This document shows positions 1-13,052 of a stretch of 64,000 nt of DNA, in pieces. Source of the stretch: Catajapyx aquilonaris (lineage: Eukaryota); contig KZ537960.1 in assembly GCA_000934665.2 (NCBI GenBank), positions 62,001 through 126,000 of the forward strand. Reading direction: 5' to 3'. The translations under genes and the position numbers were made by a program. Within the stretch, counting starts at the first letter, position 1, and the number at the start of each line of letters is the position of its first letter. The notes beneath the pieces were generated by a model. The model had not been told where the DNA came from, searched no databases, and worked only from the letters and a program-made list of their open reading frames with translations.

Positions 1-671
1 TTTTCAGGAGAGCAAGGGGCACAGTAATATTTAAGAAATCGCATTCCTGGGCCAACATTTCGCTCTTTTTCCACGGCTTGAACTATACATGCTGGTATAC
101 GGCCAGAGAGCGGCCTTGTTGGGCTCTAGCACTCAAAAACTTAAGAATGTGGCCATAGAATGGAGGTACGCTACCTTAAAGAGTGGACATCTGTAGTCCG
201 CCATCATCAGAGCAGGGGACAAGTGAACTGGTGTGAACACTTGGTCCAGTCCAAGAAGTCCTGACAACGGAAGAGAAGCAAGGCCACCACCTTCCTAGCC
301 CCGTTCAGTCGCCAGAATTATTCACACCAAATATTTCCAGTCAGACGGTCCTTTCCGAACCAATAGTGTGATTCAGAAGTCGTTCACTTTCATGCTGGCC
401 TACTGGTTTTCCCTTTCGTTAAGACTCTTATCTTGGGACACCCCGGAGGCACCTCTTTGAGGTTTGAGCCGACTGGGGGGAAGAAAAGATATAGGCTGTC
501 CAAGAAGGCTAGAAAAGGCAAAGGCAACCCAAAAATAGGCAATATACCCGTGTTGAAAAAAGATAGCCTCATCCTTTCCTCCGGTGTTCAACACATTGGT
601 GGGAGGGTTGGACAGCTTCTTCAACTAAAAGGAAGTCTTCTTCAAGCGGCCGTGGTGCCTGCGCCGTCCTA

Positions 672-700
672 GGGGGGGGGGGGGGGNGGGGGGGGGGGGG
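672..700. other. Poly-G run containing an N (probable assembly join)
   Basis: G at 672-686, n at 687, G at 688-700. Confidence 0.8.
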
Positions 701-1506
701 CTGAGTCGCATATGAATAATTATTTTTTCAAGATTTTATTGCAGTGTCACATTTTCGACAATAAGCTTGGAATTGCTCAATGTAGTCGATGATGTAGTCC
801 AAAATGAAGTCCTTATGATGGCCAAGACATTTTTCTGCTGGAGCAAGAACAGCCTCTTGGAGAAACGTCTAGCAAAAATTGAAGCCTCGTTTTTGGGAGG
901 CGAGCCCAGGTAACCTTCACATTGTAGGTGGGTCAGGGGTCATCTCATTGAGCGATAGGCAAACGGAATGTTGTAGACATGAATTGGTAACCCTGAGCGA
1001 CAATATAATTCTGCATGAGCGGTGAACACCGGATGGTCAGCGCCTTCCAAATTTAGAGTGGAGGTGGCTTACGAAATCTAACTTATAAGTTAGTTAAAAT
1101 ATCGTTTTTTCAAGGCATGTATTTGGGGAAAAAAGGGTATTATCTTCTCTTTGAGACCTTTCCGTTTAACAATATTTCAAAGAAGCCCAATCACTTTATT
1201 TACCTATCGTTCGTTCAGCTCTCTCTATCTCCTTCCCTCCCTCAGGCTTTACGTCCCTTCCCCTGCGGAAATCCTGCGTCGACACTGAGCATATCAACTA
1301 GTCAGACCCTGTAAAATGTAAATGCAGATTCAGCATAAAGACTAAAGTTGGAAAGCAAACAATAGAGTGGGAAGTTGTCCTGCTCTATAGGCCACCCCGC
1401 CGGACAAAAACTTCGGAAGAGCCAAATTTACGAGCCTAAATTAAATTTGCATATCCACAGTTTCTCTTCAGAATCAGTGTACCCATTTTGTGGTTTTTCT
1501 GTTGTA

Positions 1507-4500
1507 CTATGCACTCCTGTTGTCACCACCCATCGTGGTGACCACAGTCACATTGCCTGAACTGCTTTTCCTGGACACTGAGATCCTAAAACCAGAGAGC
1601 ACCGAGGACTTTGGCATTTTGTTCCTAAGCCACCCACACCGACTCCTAATCCCCATAAGAACCTTCGCCTTACACACGAAAACAATGAAGATGAATAGCC
1701 CTTGGAGGCTGTTGATTATGTCTGTAGCATAAAAGTAATAGTCCGGCACACCCAAGAGAGATTGGCATGCCCACGACACCACTTCCATGATCCACGACAG
1801 CCCCATTATCAGGAACAGCTTGATGTAGAGGACGAATCTGAGGGAACATAAGCATTAACGATTTGGTGTGTCATTAACTGGATACGTACCGGCTCTTTTG
1901 GCGCGTCCGAACGTGGCGGTAGTTGTCGCCTTGCCGGTACATCGACCGCGTTTCCAGCTCAGTACGGTAGATGACTCGGGCTGTTAGGACGAACCACACG
2001 CCGTTTGCGGTCAAGAGCATCGATACTGGTCCGTAGAAGTATATCAAATTCCCATAACGGCCTGTAGGTAGTACAAAACATGTCAGTGGGCATTAGGGGA
2101 ATTTTGTAACATGCTGTACCATTGAGTCCGCATGTAGGTTCGCCATATTGAGGTCTCAGCATACCAGCTGTTGTAGTTCCAGGCTCTGTGGTGTAATTGA
2201 TGGCAACGGCGGCAGCGACAATAACGACTGTTCCTCCCCAAGCCGTAATGCAATAGTAATAAAACATTCGGTTTCGTCTCAAGTGACCCTCTAGCGGAGG
2301 TTGTAGTCTTCTGCAGAAAGTTAAATATGTTTACATCTGATACGTATTGGGGACGATAAAACTAAAAATCAGCAGCCATCACCGTAATGTGTCCCTGAAC
2401 TTTTGATTCTAACGAGTAGCTGGAGTCAACAATCTCATAGCTTACACAATGACGCCCCTTGAAGTGTGGATGTGGGACGTGCACCACCCCAATTGCTGTT
2501 GACAAGTTTAATGTGACCTGATTGTTAATTGGTTGCTTTCATCAGCTGGTTGCTGGGGATAAACAACTCATAACCTCTTTTCATCTCACCCTTGAATTTG
2601 GGGGGACAATGCATCATATTTATTAGCCGTCTAAAAGGGCCAATTGAATTTTTAGCATATGCCAATTTTTTTTCTGAAATAGAGATTTTTAAAAAAAATG
2701 GCTCGAGTTAAGACTTCGACCCAAGTCCCCACTTTCGAACCCACATCAATGGGGGTATTTCTGCAAGTTCTGAGACCATCTGGAAAAAATCAGTGGAGAG
2801 TCTCTGTTCTGACCCTACTTAACTTGGAGTGGATTGGGACAGCTGTTGAAATTTATGGGCGCCTTTAATAGCAGGCTGTCAAAATCTGGTTAAAATAATT
2901 TCAGTCCTTGTTTTATATATAGAATAATATATTCTCCCGTTAATAATAACCGTTCCTTACCCAATATTCCACCACATGTCGAAGCACATCACAGTCAGCC
3001 ATGCAAATGCAGACAGGAAAAAGAAATGGTTGAAGATTCCTTGAAAAAAAAAAGCGATTAAGGTTTAACCAGTTGAATCCCACACTTGTTTTTGAAGGTT
3101 ATCATCCAATTTAGAAAATGACACTACGTGTTGCGTGACGGCAAGCATTTTGGCTAGGAATTGCACGCTACATGTCATCCGATGGGACGGGGACTGCTTT
3201 TCAAGTAGCCGAACCTGTCTTAACAAAGGACACAACCTAATCGACATGAAAATGTTGTTGAGGAAGAGAGTTTGTCCCTATTTAAGTTCAGGGAGGTCAA
3301 GGATATAGCCAGACCGACAGTAAATGTGAAGGATGTCCTCGCCTTCAGGGTGAGCTTTTGTTTCGCATTCTTGCATTTACATACGCCACACCCTTACTTC
3401 AATTGCTATGTCCACGAGATTAAGCCGTGATTACTGTGATGTAACGAAAAAGGATCATTATTCAGAATACAGTAATGCTATACGCCAGCACCACTCCTCT
3501 AGAGCAAGACAATGCGGTAGGTACCGAGAAAATGTGTCCAAACGGTAATATTATCGAAATTGGACAGAGGGTCTTCCACTTTACAATGATTTTTAGGACC
3601 TTGCATTTGCATATCTGCGCCGTATCGTTCCACCTCGTAGCTAGAAGGCCTAATGGGCGAAGCTCGGTATTCAAATCCTGAACAAACGCCGTATTTTCCC
3701 GTGGAAAGCTAAATTTAACTTTATGCAGGTCGTGTTACCATACGACCCACCCACTGTGACAAAGCACACCATGATGTAATAGAACATTGTAGGTATAGTA
3801 TAGGAAAGGGGAAGCAACTATTGTTTTCTGTGATACTCGTTAGTCTGACATAATCATTACGAAAGGTTTTCGCTGTTTCTCTGGATCATAATGATGCCCC
3901 TAGAGACCTCAACAGACCAGCAGTTGTGTGGTTCAATTATTGACATATCGTGAAACCAATATCGCGCCATTGTGTGATAAAATGCCTGTTTGTCATGCGA
4001 AAAACTATATATCAAATCCGGCAAATGGCAGACATTTCCATGACTAGACTTTCCATCAAAATATGGCTATTCTTCTTCGTATAACACTGTCATAACAAAT
4101 TGACTTACCGACTACATGGCACGTCACTTCTGTCACAATGCGCCATCCTAGCCGCCATATACTCGCTGACACAAAGGCTCCAAGGAGACTAATGACATGA
4201 CACAGCACTGTCTTACCATAAATATTCGTCAAGTCCGGTAACGCCACGTACACTAGGAATGTTAACAATAAAAACACTGCAGAAATAAGTATAACCACTG
4301 TCATAATCGTCTGAAATGTTTCGTTGTCTTTTTCGGTACTGTCCTTCTTAAAACACACGTAAAACCTAGGGTAGCTAATATTTTGTGGATAGTCCAAACA
4401 GTATTCATCACTCTCCTCATGCTTGCCATCAAACAGCAGCTGACCACTGTCCAGCAGACAGAAGATGTCCTGGGTAGTCTTCAGCACATAACTCCTACAC

Positions 4501-4679
4501 GATTCAGCCACCGGTCGTAGTACAGCCGGAATGACCCTCGGAGGGTCATCACATGTCCGGCTATGAAATGTCAAATTGGGCCATTCAGCCTCCTCTTGGT
4601 AACATCCCCAAGTTTTGTTACTCCAAGCATACGCACTACCATGAGGACAGCATTTGGGCACCCTGATGACCTGTTCCAT
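1507..4679 (-). CDS. Methuselah-like GPCR, tandem copy 1 (5 coding exons)
   Basis: Exons ~4679-4109, 3039-2961, 2310-2120, 2061-1890, 1837-1507 join in frame at GT-AG sites. Cys-rich ectodomain (VPKCCP...WGC...EYCLD...FYVC) followed by 7TM motifs NIYGK, FFFLSAFAWLTVMCFDMWW, YFYGP, LYIKLFLIMGLSWIMEVVSW, NSLQGLFIFIVFVCK. Confidence 0.88.
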
Positions 4680-4981
4680 ATCCCAGTCAGCATGTCACAG
4701 AACACGCTTGATGCACCGCTGCTTGACTACTGACTACGTTTCGGAGGATGTGGTAGAGGACATGATTTCGAGGACACAGGGAGGCTGGGGATGGGGGCCC
4801 GTTGATGTACACGTACAGTACTTACTGATGGGTTTCTTATGGAGAGATGCCAGGGACACTTGCGGACTATTTTGAGGCACTCAAAGTTAGTGTCTTATGT
4901 AAGAGCTGATATCGTATAATAAGATGGCGATAATGCAGGGTGACACTTTGCATTTATTATTGAAATAATACATACTATATA

Positions 4982-6748
4982 CTAACATTTTGCAGAGTCA
5001 TGACAGGCATCCAGTACGGGCACGGTTGAGATACTTCGTCCAAATGTCGATCGTGACGGGTGTATGGTCATCATGATTGACGTACGTGTTGGGGCGCTTG
5101 TTACCGAATTGACCGACTCGACAGATATGCGATTGAAAGTCTTAGGACCACGTGATTGAATAAATGCGACAGTTTTGGTCCGAATTAATTTGCAGGTGTT
5201 AGGCTTACATATGAACAGCAACATGAGAAACACGCCATGTAAGGTGTTGATGAAATCAGTGAAATAAAAATAGTGTTGAGGGCTATGTATGACACGCTCC
5301 AATACCCAGGATACGACTTCGAACACCCAGAGCATGCCCATTACAACGAAAAGCTTGATGTACATGATCAACCTGTTGACAAAAATAATGGTGGTTAGTG
5401 GCCACCCTTTTTTGGGGGAATAACAATCGTCACCTTCGCTTATATTCTTCAGCTTCCTTTTTTCTCCACAACATTTTTGTTTGTCGAGCAACTTTACAAA
5501 CGCTGATCATGGTCAGTATGAAGAAGATCATGTTGGCGAATAGCAGTACGGCTACGGGGCCGTAGAAATAGGCGAAGTTGGAAGCAACACCTGTAATGTG
5601 AAAGATTTCACAATAATTATACCTATCAACCGTATAATAATATTGTCATATTTAAATTAGATGATGTGTCATACATACCCTGCAACCAACATGATCCTTT
5701 TCCATATGAAGGCCTGAGAACTGATGTTGGAATTTTGGGAGCATATTCAAGAATAAGGGCAATCACCACAGCCACAGTGGGGCTTCCAAATGCGAATGCA
5801 GAATAACTCAAAAAGAATTGCATTTCTCTCTTCTTGTCATTTTCTGGGGGAAGTTGGATTCTGTAATATTTGATCCATATTTGAGTCGTGCTACATTCAA
5901 TAATATTGATCATTTTAAATGGACTCACTTTAATTTGTACCACACATCGAAGCACATGACGGTTAACCAGCAGAAAGCAGACAAGAAGGAATAATGCATC
6001 GATACAGCTGAGAAAAAAATTAGTGGTTATAATATGGAGGAATGGATAAGGCCAACAACGTACCTAGTATCTGGCACCAAGGGCTTGGCAAACGAAGTCC
6101 TCGCAAATGTATGCAAGTAAGAAACAAGTACGCCAAAAAGAAGGTGACCATATTACACAATAAAATTTTCGTGAAGAGGTTCCGCTTCTGCCCGAATATG
6201 ATAATTACCCCTGTGATCACAAATGACACATCTGACAGTATCAGACCAATAGGATACAACACCAGAGGTAATGGATGCTGCCTGGTTCCTTTCATCAAAA
6301 AACATATGTAAGCATTGGGATCCATTTTATATGCACCTCCTTCATCTGATATGTCATATTCCATGCAGTAATGTGAGAAATAGTACACTCCAGTTTCCCA
6401 GCTGGGTGGTATCCGTCCGTACTCAGGTACTATCAGTGCACCAGCATAGTTCAGGTAATATTGGTCCGAAGTAAACTTGATAGGATCCAGTCGAAGTAGG
6501 TTGCATTTTGGGACCCAAATTTTGATTTTGAATTTACTTGGGGACAACGTCACACCCGGATCTGTCTGATTGCTTTGAAATGTGAGGTTCCAGTTCCATT
6601 TGCCAGGGTTATGTATGCAGGACCACGTGGTCACGTTAACACCGTACGTGTACCCTAATGGGCAGCACTTTGGGATCACGATGGTTCGGTTTCCTCCTAG
6701 AACCAGATGCACTAAGCTAATAGCCAAACACACTCTTAAGATACACAT
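4982..6748 (-). CDS. Methuselah-like GPCR, tandem copy 2 (5 coding exons)
   Basis: Signal peptide MCILRVCLAISLVHLVLG, then IPKCCP ectodomain. Exons ~6748-6064, 6007-5929, 5860-5679, 5590-5433, 5372-4982. Motifs YSFLSAFCWLTVMCFDVW, YFYGPVAVLL, MYIKLFVVMGMLWVFEVVSW, NTLHGVFL. Confidence 0.9.
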
Positions 6749-7754
6749 TATAACAGGTCAAAATTCAATCCAAAACTGCATTATGCTGTACCGGTACTCA
6801 AAACAAATACAAAGTCAGGCGGATACATATTCGAAGGATACGTGTTGAATTACTAATTACAATGCAAAATTGCCATCTGAACCGTGGCCATATTAGAGGG
6901 GAAATGTTCTGACTGACATAGGAAGGTCGTTGTTTGCATTTGATAGCCCAAGAAAATTTGCTGTTAAAAAAGCTAATTAGTACCCGTAAATCCGGCTTAT
7001 GGTATTAAGTAGATTTCCCAGGAGTCTAGTTTGTAGATATACTTTCATAATGGCTACTTAGCTCGCAGCTGTTCGTTTATATACGGACCTGAGAAAAATT
7101 GAGGCTCATTTATATCCCTGGCAAATAAGGACAGACCTCGAAATTGGTGTTGGTTGACAACTTTACGGGCTAATAAGGTCTTCCCAAGTTGCAACGACAC
7201 CTCCCGCTGACCAAACATGCATCGTGTGTACGTTCATTTTGTTGGGCGTTTGTTTGTGAACATGTGATGACCTTGAGACACATTACAGGTTAATTATTTG
7301 CTTTACCTTATCAAGTTCAGATAATTATTTTGAAATCATTCATCGATTTCTTGCTGGTTATTGCACTACGTTTTATGGTACCTGGTACTGGCACCATCTG
7401 CTACGAATTTTAGTTGAAATATTTGTTTTAATCACATGCCTATACAGCAGGTGCGCAGTGGTTTAATTTATACACCTTGGCAGACCACAACTGCTGACGT
7501 CATACAGGACAAGTCATGCATGAGAGCTGATAATATGTGCATATTGTTTATTATTCTGACAGTCTGGCAGTATTATACTGCAACATTAATTCCATAGTTT
7601 ACACGGTCTTGGGGAAATTCCCGGACTAGACGAAGAAGCGTGATTGACATAGTCTTTTCCTCCTTTACAGAATCAACACACAGGTACAATATTAATGAAC
7701 ACAACACGTATGAAAAAAAACACCTCATTTTTAAATTTGAAATAGTCTACATGT

Positions 7755-10568
7755 CTATTGAACCGATTCCACCACCTGTGACGCAGGTACATTTCCACTA
7801 CACTGACGTTTCCTTTTCACGCTAATCCAGGTGCTTATATCCGTCATAACAATACTTGGTGTTACGTTGGTACATCGCGCACTTCCACTACTCTCTTCCC
7901 TAGAATTGACCATAGACGTGCCTATGAATCCTTTGGTGAGCACTGCCAACTTGCTTCGTATTTTAAGTAAAGTCTGTCTCTTGAACAGGGTCACCACAAA
8001 GATTAAGACTCCTTGAAGAGTATTCAGGAGGTCAGACACGTAGAAATAGTGGAGTGGTGAACTTAAAGTTGAATGGCCAAACCACGATATGACTTCGCAA
8101 ATCCAGGGGATTCCCATGACTACAAAAAGTTTCAAGTACATTATGAATCTGGAATTAAAAACACTGGATTAATTTGGGTATAAATTCTGGCGAAGGAAAT
8201 GAGGTGCATACTAAATATAAAACTTTCCGTCACATATTGTGACGAACTGACATTAGATTGTTTGTCCAAAAGTGACATGAACAGTGATGTCACAATATGC
8301 TCGGGAGTTGTGACATTGAACTAACTAAGACCTTTGCCTGTTTTGTCGCTGATGAAATTGCGTGTGACGACCATTGTCCACACCTCTCCATGTGGACTGC
8401 CCATCTCTTCTGGCCACACATATGTTGACCGAGGTCAGCACGAACAACACCAGGTTGATCACCATCATAACTGCTACCGGTCCATAGAAATAAGCCAAGC
8501 CAGAGTCCCATCCTGCCATACAAAGTAGCTATTATTAAACAGCACATTTGCATTAAAGTTTGATGACATTTCCTAGAGTAATTAGTCGTGACAGAACAAA
8601 GTAAGGTGTGACATATTGACTCACCTTTCAGCCAACATTGAAAGTCCTGACCATAATTCGGCTTAATTACAAAGTCCGGTATTCCTGGCATGTAATCGAG
8701 GATCAGTGACAAGGTGAGAACCACGAGTGGTCCTCCCCAGGCAATAGTACAATAAATTATGATCAGACGAGATGTCAAGGTTCTACCAGGAGGAGGAAGT
8801 AGTTTCCTGTAAGAAATGTGTGACGTCATAGGTGTTGTTATAAATTTAAAATTTACTCAACGTAACCCTAAACTCATATAAACTCAACTAGAAACTGGCT
8901 CGCGAGTTTATAGTTAACGTTAGCGTATCGTTGACGGCAGACAGTCTCCATAATCAAATTAGATATTACAAGGTGAGGTCAGAGTACGATAGGTGAAATG
9001 GGAAGTAGGCGTGGCCACTGTTTCCTGTCTTTTTAATCATGTCAACGTGTCATGCTGGGTCGCTTTAGGTACGGTATATATAATATGGTGCAAAAAAACT
9101 TGGACACTAAACCTTATAGCGTACACTTTCGGCGGTATGACAATGCATATACTGTAGTTGAAAAAGTGTCTCAATTTCATACACATAGGCCTACCTAGCA
9201 TAAATTACAGTTTACTACTTCCCAACAGCAGACCACTAATTAAAGTCACATAAATTCATTAACAGTCCCACGCATAATACCCAGAACCTAAATTAGCCCA
9301 TAATAACGCCCCCGTAAAAGCTACACTACAATTACTTCTGCCCACCTGAACTTGCGCCACATGTCGTAGCACATGACGGTCAGCCATGTAAATGCTGACA
9401 AAAAGAAGAAATTGACCAGTATTCCTGAAAGAGCAAAAGAAACATTTAGTACACATCCAAAGAGACAATAATTGATGGGGAATGGAAGCAAGTGGCTTGT
9501 GTCAAACTGATGTGGTGTTAATCTAGGGGTTAAATTTGGAACTCATCTCGCAGGAAGAGCTGCGAGACTTGATGAGCGATAAGAGCCATGTTGGCAATGT
9601 AGAAAATTGTGCCAAAATTAATTTTTCACACCCTGAATTTTTTTTGCATTATAATTTTAGCCAACAAATGCGTGATAGATCAGGCAGGAAATTTCCAGTG
9701 AATTACAAGAATGTTCTAATGCCATTAACCGTACTGTAGTTCAACAACACTATTTGGCAACACGCGGTTTCAATTTTAGACCACTTGGATGTTTGCTCAT
9801 CCGTACATTACACCCTCCGTTTCCAACACAACATCCCGGTATAGAACACATCCTGTAGTTTGACAAATGCTACATACTAACAAGTACAGTACCTGTAATT
9901 TGGCAGGTGAAATGATGCGGAACAGGCTTTCCAATCTTTCCAACACTCAAGGCCAGGTATCCCAAGAACAAGCTGGTCACGTGATTCATCAATATCTTTC
10001 CATACAAATTCCTCATACCAGGTAACACATACATCAGAGCCAGAGTTATGAACAGGCTGAGGTCAGAGGCCACCAGGGCAACAATGGTGCTGATAGTGTA
10101 CCACTCGGGAGTAGGTCGCTCCGGATCGTCGTGAAAGCACAAGAACAGAAAAGGTCGACCACGACTAGATTGTTGCGAGAGGTCATTGTCAATACAGTAA
10201 TCACCAGAACGATAGAGACCATGAGGTGGGTCAAAGTTCACCCAAGCTGGCACAAACGCACTCCCATCTTCAAGCAGATACGCCTGATCTTCCTCCGGGT
10301 TTTCATGGTTCAGAAGAAACTGGCTGCATCCCGGATTCTGATGAACAACAATGTAATCCAAATCCGCAAGAGACAGATCCCTCTTATGAAAGGTCAAGTT
10401 CCACTCCAAGATGCTCCCATGTGGATGACACGTCCAGGTTCCATTTCTGTAGTCGTAAGTAGAGTCCAATGGACAGCACTTGGGCACAGTGACTGCCATG
10501 GTCAAGTCCAAGCCACGTGTGAGGATCCCCACTTCTTCGTATGTCCTAAGGGCACCAGTGGCCTTCAT
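7755..10568 (-). CDS. Methuselah-like GPCR, tandem copy 3 (5 coding exons; start uncertain, ATG at 10568 or 10499)
   Basis: VPKCCP ectodomain and RNLYGK. Exons ~10568-9893, 9424-9346, 8806-8625, 8512-8332, 8148-7755. Motifs FFFLSAFTWLTVMCYDMW, YFYGPVAV, MYLKLFVVMGIPWICEVISW, NTLQGVLIF. Same intron positions as copies 1 and 2. Confidence 0.88.
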
Positions 10569-13052
10569 ATAACTCCGGCGCAGAAGCAAGAACCAGATGT
10601 GACCAATCCCTGATCAGGGCGATTCGCGAGAAAAGGCGGTTCATTTACGCGTTTCAGCTCGGGGAACAAATGATTCAGGCCTATACAATCAGCCAGGATT
10701 TGGATGCTCCTCTGTGGAGCCAACGAACATAAACAAATGTGGAGGATGGTCTTATTTAGGATTTTTGGAGCTAATTCGTCTTGTGTTTCAGATTTCAGAT
10801 AATGATAGGATTAGTGCTAATTGGCTTTATTTGTAATTGTGGTACAGATGTGAACAATCCCTCAGATGCGCACTTCTTCGGTTTGTTTACACTGGAAGGA
10901 AGTGGTAATGACATTTATATTGTTGCTTTGATGTTGACAGATATGTGCATGCGTAGACCATAAATCGACTACACATTTCGCACTTAATTTACATGCGAAA
11001 AGTGAAGCGTCGTAAAAAAGTTTAATAACTTACTCGTACTTTGAACCCTCCCTTACAACTAAAGGAGCATTTCTGGTTGTACCAGTATTGTTTTTATTTG
11101 CGTATACAGTATAACATTTCGGTATTCTCCACAGGGTGACGAAAGTGCTGTCGTGTAGATGACTTCCTCTTGAAAATAATAAAAGAAAAACAAGGCGCAC
11201 ATCTTTGTGAGATAAGGATGGTGCCGATGGGGGTTGGGGATAAGCTTCTTTACATTTTTATTTACAGATTATTTTCCCCTTTTTTGGGGGAAAATTCAAT
11301 CTCGTATTATACGAAAGTGCTTGGTTTTATGTGCGTTTTTTTTTCTTCGCTTTGTTACTATCTGGGAGAAGGTAGGGCGATTAATTGACCCCTGTCCATT
11401 CCGTGCAAGACATAAATTTTTGTTGTACTGTCAATAAAGTTGTAGTGATGTCCATGAATGGCATGGTACTTACAGATGACCAGCTCGGTTAACAGTCTTC
11501 CAAACGTATTTTCTGCCCAGTGATGGTTACCCAGCCATAAATGAGTATGCGTAGTTGTGCATATTAGAGATTTCACATACTTGGGAAAAAATGAGTGACG
11601 TATTGATTAAGTATACTGTACAAAATATTATTGCAAAGGCCAACATAACTTATCCCCATCTCAGGACAAAATCGATATTTCTTCACCCACCTAGGTACAG
11701 TACAGGACGTGGGATGTGCTGCCAATCAACATGTTATTGTAACTGGACAAGCTGGTACACTTAATAAATAATAGACAACAATAGAAGGATTGTGTCATAT
11801 GATATTGTGATTTCAAGTTAATGCTCACCCATTTTTTCACACCTTCAGGCTCGTAATCCGATCCTGAGGAAACGTGCATATACTCTAAACTTTGATCCCA
11901 TTTGAAGGACAATATAGATGACATCTTGATAGGATTTATTAGCCTGAGGTTAAAAATATTGAGATTCTCTTTGCTGCTGAAAGCTTTGTGAGTGCGCACA
12001 GGAGGCGGGGAGAGCATAGGCTGTGAACCACGGTTGCTGTGGTGATGATTTGCATCACTACTGGGTGCAAGCTCCAGACATTCGTGTGTGGTAGTCTTGG
12101 ACCACTGGTACTGGACAGCAACAGTTGGTGAGTATTTGCATCTTTCTTCCACCAAAGGTCCCGTCTGTTTTGTATTAGATAAAAAAAAGTATTCATTTTC
12201 ACTATATCAGAGGAATCTGGCTTGAAAACAATGGGGTTCTACCCTTGACCCTGGAAGAACAATGATGATATACTGCAAATGTGATACAGCGTCTAGGATT
12301 TTTATCACCAGACGTACTGCAGCCATGCAATTAAGAAACAGTTGGACCAACGCTTTTTACCTTAGAGCTAAAATTGGAGTTTTTTTTGAGTTGTTTTCAA
12401 CTTATTATTATAGACAAGTTTGCATGGTTTGTTACACGCTAATGCTGATTTATTTTAAAATGACTTAATTTGAAACCACTTCCAGCATTTTATGGTTTTT
12501 AAAATAACCAACCGTCAGCTTATGATTTATACTTATGGTGTATGTGTAAAAAATGCTGGAGCTTGGCCCTGGCTGGACAATGACACCTTTGTTCAACCGC
12601 GTGCTGCGCAGTTGTACAAACAACCCAGGGTGGTACTTGTAACCCTGACTTTTGAACCACTTAAAAAATGACATAACTTTTACCCGAAAAACACATCCAT
12701 ATAATTATATTGCCCATAAAGTTGTGCATATTTATGTACCATATGCGACCATCTTGCTTGTAGTTATCATAAACTATATTTTTGCTGAGGCCCTCAGGGT
12801 ACTGTAATAGGCTTACAAATGACCAATCATGCAGTCTGGGCTGCTTATCACTGATGACGTGACTGGTCTCACTATTACCTTCTCAGCTTGCACCTCTTCC
12901 TTCGATGTCGCAGAGTCTGGTCGTGCAGTGATTGTGAGTCACTCAGTCAGGATCTGGCGACGTGAGAAGAAGCGAAGATATTCATTCCCTTTAATTACGT
13001 GTAGATCAGTCACAAATCAAATAATTAAAAATCGAAGTTTGGGGTTGATGAA

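Noticed and set aside
1..1300. Short ORFs and a Cys/His-containing minus-strand frame (~730-930) that might be viral or TE-derived
   Set aside because: No start codon or recognisable domain, and it is adjacent to an assembly gap, so it cannot be supported.
2620..2870. Possible inverted-repeat element in a Mth-like intron
   Set aside because: The terminal match is too weak to define ends by eye.
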